Origin: Candidatus Thorarchaeota archaeon
GTDB lineage: Archaea; Asgardarchaeota; Thorarchaeia; Thorarchaeales; Thorarchaeaceae
NCBI GenBank assembly: GCA_046482545.1
Contig: JAWOEX010000021.1
Location: 128,001 to 192,000, forward strand
Direction of reading: 5' to 3'
DNA length: 64,000 nucleotides
The position numbers were made by a program, and so were the translations under genes. Positions 57,780 through 64,000 of the stretch are shown here, piece after piece. The notes below the pieces were generated by a model. That model worked only from the letters and a program-made list of their open reading frames with translations. It had not been told where the DNA came from and searched no databases. Each line of letters begins with the position of its first letter. Position 1 is the stretch's first letter.

Positions 57780-58829
57780 CTAATAGCTAGGCATTGCATT
57801 CTCGCGATAGTCCGAATAGTTGGCAGGATACCCACGTGTTATAGCAACCCGATTTGCTCCGACTTCGTTGGCCAATGTTTTGAGTATTTGGAGTTCCTCT
57901 ATGTCATCCAAGGCCCATCTGAAGAGCGTAACATGTCCTCCTCGACGGTTGAACTCGCGAATGAAATGCAGCTCTTCAACAAGCTCCTCGTAGTTCTTGG
58001 AGCCTACTGGATCCAAGCCAGGTGTCCAAGGATATAGATTTACCATAATACTACCGGTGATATCCCTAATTCTGGAGAAATCATATCCATTATGATTCTT
58101 TGCACCTTTGACCAATCCAGTACTAGGATCAATTAGTACTTCGATAGAAAGGCGTGGTGAAGACACCTCCTCGTCACCTTGAACCGCTTCAGCATTAGCC
58201 TGTTGCAAGGCCTCAATCCCATCAACGAATTTTTCCCTTCGCCACTCATGCCATTCGTCAAGATGATTCGGGTGATCAGTGAGATATTTGTGAGAAAGCT
58301 GTTCTGGTTCAATTTTAATCTTGGATGAGAATTCCTTCCTGCAAACATCACAGAAGCAGAACTTCTCGCTAAGATAGCCAGTCCCAAGCACAAGAATTTC
58401 GTCTATAGGCAGATTGCTTAGTTCTTTCACTACCTCAGCACCATAATCCCAGATTTCTCTCCTGTTGGGACAAACGTGCTGCAGCGAAGCATTTCCTTTT
58501 GAGTCAAGAGTCTGAGATTCTTGATTCCCCGCAAATCGAGAATCGGTATAATAATTCATAGCAACAATAGTGTCTATTTCGAGAGCATTAGATAGTTCAA
58601 TCCATTCCTCAAAAAATTCAGCCATAGCATCATCCACTGGAGCTTGGTCACTCTCAAAGTAAGCTTGACCATCAGCAGCCTTCGCAATAATTGCTGCTGC
58701 ATTCATGTACGAAGCGTAATTGGACATGAATTCTCTCGCTCCTATGTCAATCTCGTTTGGATCGAAGAGTATGACAGCCTTCTCCATGAGCATCTCTCGG
58801 ATTGTATCATCAGCCATTTGTAGTTCCAC
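57780..58829 (-). CDS. Glycoside-hydrolase-like (GHL10-type) TIM-barrel protein
   Basis: VCPNR, FCFCDVCRKEF, W.EWR. Confidence 0.55.
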   Translation of the reverse strand: MELQMADDTIREMLMEKAVILFDPNEIDIGAREFMSNYASYMNAAAIIAKAADGQAYFESDQAPVDDAMAEFFEEWIELSNALEIDTIVAMNYYTDSRFAGNQESQTLDSKGNASLQHVCPNRREIWDYGAEVVKELSNLPIDEILVLGTGYLSEKFCFCDVCRKEFSSKIKIEPEQLSHKYLTDHPNHLDEWHEWRREKFVDGIEALQQANAEAVQGDEEVSSPRLSIEVLIDPSTGLVKGAKNHNGYDFSRIRDITGSIMVNLYPWTPGLDPVGSKNYEELVEELHFIREFNRRGGHVTLFRWALDDIEELQILKTLANEVGANRVAITRGYPANYSDYRENAMPSY

Positions 58830-58980
58830 CTTTACCTAGTGAATATAGGTACCAGCTTTACATTCTAGCCGCTGTGCTATAAGAATTTCCTATCTTAACC
58901 GGGAACTGAAAATAGTTCTCTGAAACGAGTGAATGCACATTTGCCCGAGACGCTAATCTGCTTTCATGAAAATGGCCAAT

Positions 58981-61755
58981 TTAAAAGAATTGATCCAACG
59001 TGGTAAAGCCCAGCATTTCCTCGAAATTAAGCCCTACAGAATCCAAGACTTGTTCAAAAACACTCCTGAGCGTGTCGATGTACTTGTCTTGATCCAACCA
59101 GTATGCTGTATCTTTGGCAAGCTGGACCGGCATGACTCCGTTTTCGTCCTTTGTTTTGATGTACTCAATTATTGTTCCAGAAGATACCTCATATCCCGCA
59201 TCACGTAGCATCATAGCAGCCCGCACATGCTGTGGAGTGGTTTTGCCGTACTCATCGATTGGTTTGGTCATCTGCACCCGGAAAGCAAGGTCTTCTGGAG
59301 TATATGGTTCAGCCTTGCCTTCTAGACGATCAATAACATTGTTTACAATTTCTCGGATTTCATCCTTTGCTTCTTCAAAGCCCTCAGGATTGCCAACTTC
59401 ACTGAGAATATCAAGCATATCTCTGAAAGCTTCCTGAACAAAATCGGGAGTGTTCCGTTTTTTGCCTGTGAGACCTTTTACATCTACCCGCCCAGAGTGA
59501 TAAACACCGATGTAGTTCTTCTTGCGATCCGATAGTGCTACATACTTGTATGTCTTTTCCACCTCAAGATCAATACCGAGTTCCTCCTTCGACCAGTCAA
59601 CAAGTTCCTGCTCCTGTTCGGGGTTTGGTGCATCAAGAAATACTGAATCAGTATCCCCATAGAGAACACGTACACCCATGGATTCAGCCTTTTTCTTCGT
59701 GCGAATTATGGCATCGCGACCGTATGCAGTTACACTCTCAGCCGCAGGCATGCAAAAAAGCTCGAAATGTTGCGCCCCAGTTACGCCATATGCGGCATTT
59801 ACAAAGACTTTGAGAGCCTTTTCTACAACAGTATACCAGTTACGCATCTTTTCTGGTGTGTCATCAGTTCTACTCTTGGTTTTGAACCATTTCACACGGG
59901 CATCTCTAAAGAAACCGATAATCTGGCTGATCATTCCGGGCCGCTTTTTACATATCCAGTGGTCGGTCTCGGGCACTCGATTATCATCAGCTTTCCTACA
60001 TTCCTCATGAGGACAATCAACAGTCTCGTAGCTTATATTGTACCGCTTCATAATGGAGGGGTATAGGCTAGCAAAGTCAAGAACAGTGGCATTGAAATGA
60101 ACACCGGCCACAGGTTCAATGACAATAGCACCCTTGAATCGTTTATCTTTGATAACTGCTTCAGTTTGTGCTACATTCGCTTTCATTTCTTCTATTTCGT
60201 CTTGCCGTGGGATAAGACAGTCGCGAGTTCGATGTTCTTGTCGAAACAGAGATTGTATCCATGTGGAGATGTAGTAGCGAGTAAGGTCCTCTATCGACAG
60301 CCGGGAGATACGCATAAGAAGAATAATCAGGCGCATCACAAGATCGTCCTGATATGTAGTGATTCTGAGAGTTATATTCGCGTCTCTCCAGCAATAATGA
60401 GCGAGCTCGTAATAAGAGAGATCAGAAATCTCGTCTGATAACTCAAGTTTGCCAATACCGAGCAACCCTTGGGCTATGGTTTCCAAATTATTCCGATCGT
60501 ATGCTCCCGAAAGTGCATAGGATTGTATTGAGGGGTTCTTCAAGAACCTATAGAGATCTACATGAATCCCTCCGTCCAATAGAGCTATATCTCTTCCGAG
60601 TCTTATTGGACAGTACTTCTGCATATCGATTCTTAGACGCTTAGCTCGATGGTAGAGATAGTTTAGGTCAAATGCATCCCCAACAAAAGTCAGCACGACG
60701 GGATAATTATCAATGATTTCGAAAGCCTCAATGAGCATCTCAACTTCATTCTCAAAGTATACTAGCTCCAAGTCATCGGGGTAATCTTCCCGCTTCTGAC
60801 CCTGCTGAATTCGGTCTCGTCTGAGGACGAAGCATCTTTCTTTACCCTGATTGTCGGACATGCCGATAGCGGTAACAGGATAATTGGCTTGCGAAGCATC
60901 GGGAACCTTATTCAACATTGGAGTATAGACTTCGATATCTACAGCTAGTCTACGAATATCGGGCACTTCAATGAAAAACATTGGTGCGTACTCATCCACT
61001 ATCCTCTTGAGACCCTCTTCTTGAATGGTCTCTTCAAATCCGCTCAATGTGGTTTCATCGAGAGGTGGGGGGCTAGGTACTAAGTCTCCATTCTCAATCT
61101 TGTACACAAGACCAGGAACATACTTGGTGTCATAAGTATACGAGTTGTGGTAACGAATTCTTGCTTCCCATGCGTGATTCTCGTCATTCTGTTTCAAATA
61201 CTCCCGGATTGAATCAGAACGTCCACCAATACTAAGGGGATCTCTTGCCAAGATTTTCGTCATCTGCCGTTCCTTGTCTCTCAACAAATCATGAAGGTCC
61301 TCGACCTTTGTATCTACAAAGCCATGATGATTTACAATTCCTCGGATGCGATGGATTTCTTGGGGGGTATAATCGGTGTAGCAGTAAGGTAGATGACCGG
61401 TATTGTCGAACCAGAAGTAAATCCTTTCAGTTTCCGGGTCGTAAAGCTTCAAGATTGCTTTGGCCGTGTCACCGGCGTAATCGATTGATAGCAGATAAGA
61501 TGGTGGCAAATCATCGGGTGCTTTTCGCTCACCAATATCAAGAGTTGAAACAATACTTCTGTCCTCGTAGTCCTCGCCGTATTCATACTCATTATCTTCA
61601 CTGGCAAGCGCGATAGCTTCTTCATCAAGAGCAGTGACAGGTTCTTCTACTGACTCCTTAGGCCCTTCTTTTTTTCTTTGACGTGATTCCCGGCTCTCGG
61701 ATTTTTCATCTAATTCTGCACAGAAATCATCGAGAGTTGACTGGCTATCATCCAT
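58981..61755 (-). CDS. polB1: Family B DNA polymerase, PolB1 type
   Basis: DIE, FDL.YL, DFASLYPS, KVFVNAAYG, YGDTDS, KKNY; KLYDP..DNTGH.PY N-domain; no intein. Confidence 0.92.
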   Translation of the reverse strand: MDDSQSTLDDFCAELDEKSESRESRQRKKEGPKESVEEPVTALDEEAIALASEDNEYEYGEDYEDRSIVSTLDIGERKAPDDLPPSYLLSIDYAGDTAKAILKLYDPETERIYFWFDNTGHLPYCYTDYTPQEIHRIRGIVNHHGFVDTKVEDLHDLLRDKERQMTKILARDPLSIGGRSDSIREYLKQNDENHAWEARIRYHNSYTYDTKYVPGLVYKIENGDLVPSPPPLDETTLSGFEETIQEEGLKRIVDEYAPMFFIEVPDIRRLAVDIEVYTPMLNKVPDASQANYPVTAIGMSDNQGKERCFVLRRDRIQQGQKREDYPDDLELVYFENEVEMLIEAFEIIDNYPVVLTFVGDAFDLNYLYHRAKRLRIDMQKYCPIRLGRDIALLDGGIHVDLYRFLKNPSIQSYALSGAYDRNNLETIAQGLLGIGKLELSDEISDLSYYELAHYCWRDANITLRITTYQDDLVMRLIILLMRISRLSIEDLTRYYISTWIQSLFRQEHRTRDCLIPRQDEIEEMKANVAQTEAVIKDKRFKGAIVIEPVAGVHFNATVLDFASLYPSIMKRYNISYETVDCPHEECRKADDNRVPETDHWICKKRPGMISQIIGFFRDARVKWFKTKSRTDDTPEKMRNWYTVVEKALKVFVNAAYGVTGAQHFELFCMPAAESVTAYGRDAIIRTKKKAESMGVRVLYGDTDSVFLDAPNPEQEQELVDWSKEELGIDLEVEKTYKYVALSDRKKNYIGVYHSGRVDVKGLTGKKRNTPDFVQEAFRDMLDILSEVGNPEGFEEAKDEIREIVNNVIDRLEGKAEPYTPEDLAFRVQMTKPIDEYGKTTPQHVRAAMMLRDAGYEVSSGTIIEYIKTKDENGVMPVQLAKDTAYWLDQDKYIDTLRSVFEQVLDSVGLNFEEMLGFTTLDQFF

Positions 61756-61890
61756 GGACTTCTCGTCCTCAAATGTCTTGATATCATAGAACTCTAGCAG
61801 ACTGATAAGCACTTCCCAATAGCGAATGATTTGGCCCTTGCGAGTGGTTCATTAGGGATAGTTGATAGTATAGTCACCAGAGTGAAGAGT

Positions 61891-62328
61891 ATGGTTGGTT
61901 CGATTTCTACAAGACTAAACAAAATCATTGTGGCCAGACTGAAAACTGGTGAAGATATACTGGAAAAAATAGAACAGGTGGTTCGAGAGCATAACATCAG
62001 GGGCGGTGCCCTCAAACTCATTGGAGCGGTATCACATGTCAAGTTCGGCTATTTCGATCGTGGAAAAAATGAGTACAACTATTTCGAGATAGGTAATGGC
62101 GACTTGGAAGTGGTCTCTTGCATGGGCAACATCGCTAGACATGATGATGACATCATTATTCATGCCCATATGGTTGCTGCAGATAGTGACGGAAACACCT
62201 ATGGTGGACATGTTGCAGAAGGCTGTAAAGCTGGCGCAACGATTGAAGTTGTCATCTGGGCATTCGAGTCGGAACTACAGCGTACCAAGGATGAGACCAC
62301 GGGCTTACATCTGCTTGATATCCTCTAG
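61891..62328 (+). CDS. DUF296/PPC-domain protein
   Basis: RLKTGED, IGAV, GNI, HAH, GGH. Confidence 0.9.
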   Translation: MVGSISTRLNKIIVARLKTGEDILEKIEQVVREHNIRGGALKLIGAVSHVKFGYFDRGKNEYNYFEIGNGDLEVVSCMGNIARHDDDIIIHAHMVAADSDGNTYGGHVAEGCKAGATIEVVIWAFESELQRTKDETTGLHLLDIL

Positions 62329-62750
62329 GCTTCACGAATTGTCTCAGCAATCTCGTTCAGCTGATCCCGTGGTTCAGGCTCATCACGATAGCCATCCGGA
62401 AATTGGAAACCAAACTCGTCACCATGATTACGTGGAATGAGGTGTATATGCAAATGGGTGACCTCTTGTCCGGCTCCTTCGCCGTTCGCGATTATATTCA
62501 GGATGCCATCGGGTTGCATAGCACGATCGATCTTTCGATTCAGGGTGATTAGCTTCTCCGAAAGATAAGACATTACAACAGGATCCACATCTAACGTATT
62601 CTCAAAATGCTTCTTGGGAATAAGCAGGCAATGACCTTTCGCTATTGGATAGATATCCATAAAGGCTAGGCACACATTATCCTCATAGACAACGCTTGTG
62701 GGAATGTCACCATCAACCATCTTGCAGAAGATACAATCTTCAGTAGTCAT
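62325..62750 (-). CDS. HIT family hydrolase
   Basis: CIFC, HLHIHLIPR. Confidence 0.93.
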   Translation of the reverse strand: MTTEDCIFCKMVDGDIPTSVVYEDNVCLAFMDIYPIAKGHCLLIPKKHFENTLDVDPVVMSYLSEKLITLNRKIDRAMQPDGILNIIANGEGAGQEVTHLHIHLIPRNHGDEFGFQFPDGYRDEPEPRDQLNEIAETIREA

Positions 62751-62860
62751 AACTAGTCATCTAATCCAATGAAAATAAAACGTTCGAAAGACAACGCCAC
62801 AAGTCTCATTAGCCAGAGTGACGAGTACACCAGCTAAATACCTGAGCGAGTTGTTGCCCA

Positions 62861-64000
62861 GTGAGTCCAAGAAAGCTTGCCTTCTTCGATAAAACGCAAA
62901 ATGAGCGTGGAAAGCTCGATTCAACTTATTCGGAACTCGGCAAGCTTCTGCGCGAAAACGGCTTCGATGTTCAGCCGTATACTGAATACATGATTTTGCT
63001 TGATGAAATTGAAAAGGCAGATATCATGGTCTTTGGTTGTCCAAATAGTTCCAAATTGCGAAAGGAGGAAATTGGTGTTCTAGAGAAATTCGTGAAAAAT
63101 GGTGGAGGGCTCGTTCTTCTCGCCCTGTCCGGTGGTGACAAGGGACTCATGAACAACCAGTCCGAATTATCTCAAAAATTTGGAATATCATTCCAAAATA
63201 CAGCAGTAAAGGATGATAGGAACAATGCTGGACTCCCCACCATGGTTATCATTGACAATGTAGTAGACCATCCAATCACAGAAGGGGTCAATGATCTCCT
63301 ATATCCATCAGGATGTAGCCTAAAGAATTCAAAAGATGCTGTGCCAATCGCGATGACCTCAGGTACAGGTGACCCCGCTAACGCACCCATAGCAGTAATA
63401 ACAGAATATGACGATGGAAGAGTCCTGTGTATCGGGAGCTACGAAATCTGGAGAAACGGTAGCGGAATCAAGCATCAGGGAAACAAAACATTTGCTGTGA
63501 ATGCATTCAGCTGGCTTGCAGCTCAAGAAAAGCCAAGAAAACCTGCGAGCCAACAAGAACCAGAGGGAAAAATCAGGACAACGGAATCGGAATCAGTTGC
63601 GGAGTATAATAAAGTCGCTAAGGATACTGAAAATGCGCTCAAAAGGCTCATCTCTACCGTATTTGACCTGCAGGATGACATAGAACAGATGAGCGAGAGT
63701 CTTTCAGGCGTCAACGATAACGTTGAGAACCTTCGTGAGGAATTCAAAGCTTTTGCGGAGTCCACACAATCTCAGCTAGGCCTAGTCATACCAACAGAGC
63801 AATTCAGAAGTCACGAAGCAAGTACGAAAGAGGGCTTAGAAGGGGAAATCAAATCGATTGAAAAAGAGATGGACTCTATCAACAAGCTGAAAGAGCATCT
63901 CGAAAGTAGACACATATCTGGAGCAATATCGAAAGATGTCTTCAAAGAGCAGACGGAAAAGCTGACAAAAAGGCTTGAAGGGCTTGAGAAGCGCCTAAGC
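62861..64000 (+). CDS. GIFT (GldG/IFT52-like) domain + coiled-coil protein, runs off window edge
   Basis: Not in ORF track. From GTG 62861: FFDKTQNE...YSELGKLLRENGF...EEIGVLEKFVKNGGGLVLL..GGD...FGISF...HPITEGV...SGCSL; frame open to 64000. Confidence 0.75.
   Translation, partial: MSPRKLAFFDKTQNERGKLDSTYSELGKLLRENGFDVQPYTEYMILLDEIEKADIMVFGCPNSSKLRKEEIGVLEKFVKNGGGLVLLALSGGDKGLMNNQSELSQKFGISFQNTAVKDDRNNAGLPTMVIIDNVVDHPITEGVNDLLYPSGCSLKNSKDAVPIAMTSGTGDPANAPIAVITEYDDGRVLCIGSYEIWRNGSGIKHQGNKTFAVNAFSWLAAQEKPRKPASQQEPEGKIRTTESESVAEYNKVAKDTENALKRLISTVFDLQDDIEQMSESLSGVNDNVENLREEFKAFAESTQSQLGLVIPTEQFRSHEASTKEGLEGEIKSIEKEMDSINKLKEHLESRHISGAISKDVFKEQTEKLTKRLEGLEKRLS

Noticed and set aside
58981-61812. 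Intein in PolB
   Set aside because: Length and motif spacing are normal; no splice-junction or LAGLIDADG motifs.

Overview
Gene-dense archaeal chromosome segment, almost certainly Asgard and most likely Thorarchaeia. The lineage call is an inference from ESCRT-I/II/III/Vps4 genes, Bet3/TRAPP-like, roadblock, longin, Vps62-like and Yip1 proteins, rpl13e, aIF5A, TFB, a PolB1-type polymerase and DGGGP synthase. Housekeeping genes include argS, aspS, tfb, polB1, glnA, mfnA, nob1, NAD kinase and tldD/pmbA. There is a NikR-controlled NikMNQO nickel ECF transporter, hypB, and two tRNAs. Highlights: (1) a five-gene ESCRT cluster with no ubiquitin genes at 45.9-51.0 kb, containing a Vps28N-Vps22 (ESCRT-I/II) fusion and a Zn-finger/coiled-coil/GRAM-PH/steadiness-box protein, plus a palindromic operator candidate at the vps4 promoter; (2) tRNA-His(GUG) with a 28-nt D-loop intron at position 15/16 in a relaxed bulge-helix-bulge motif; (3) four diverged fragments of an unannotated repeat element (probably a decayed DDE transposase, possibly structured RNA), one abutting the tRNA-His CCA end; (4) a Bet3-like gene among two roadblock-winged-helix paralogs; (5) SNAP-like and IFT52/GIFT-like proteins. 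All protein calls come from motif recognition by eye, with no database search.
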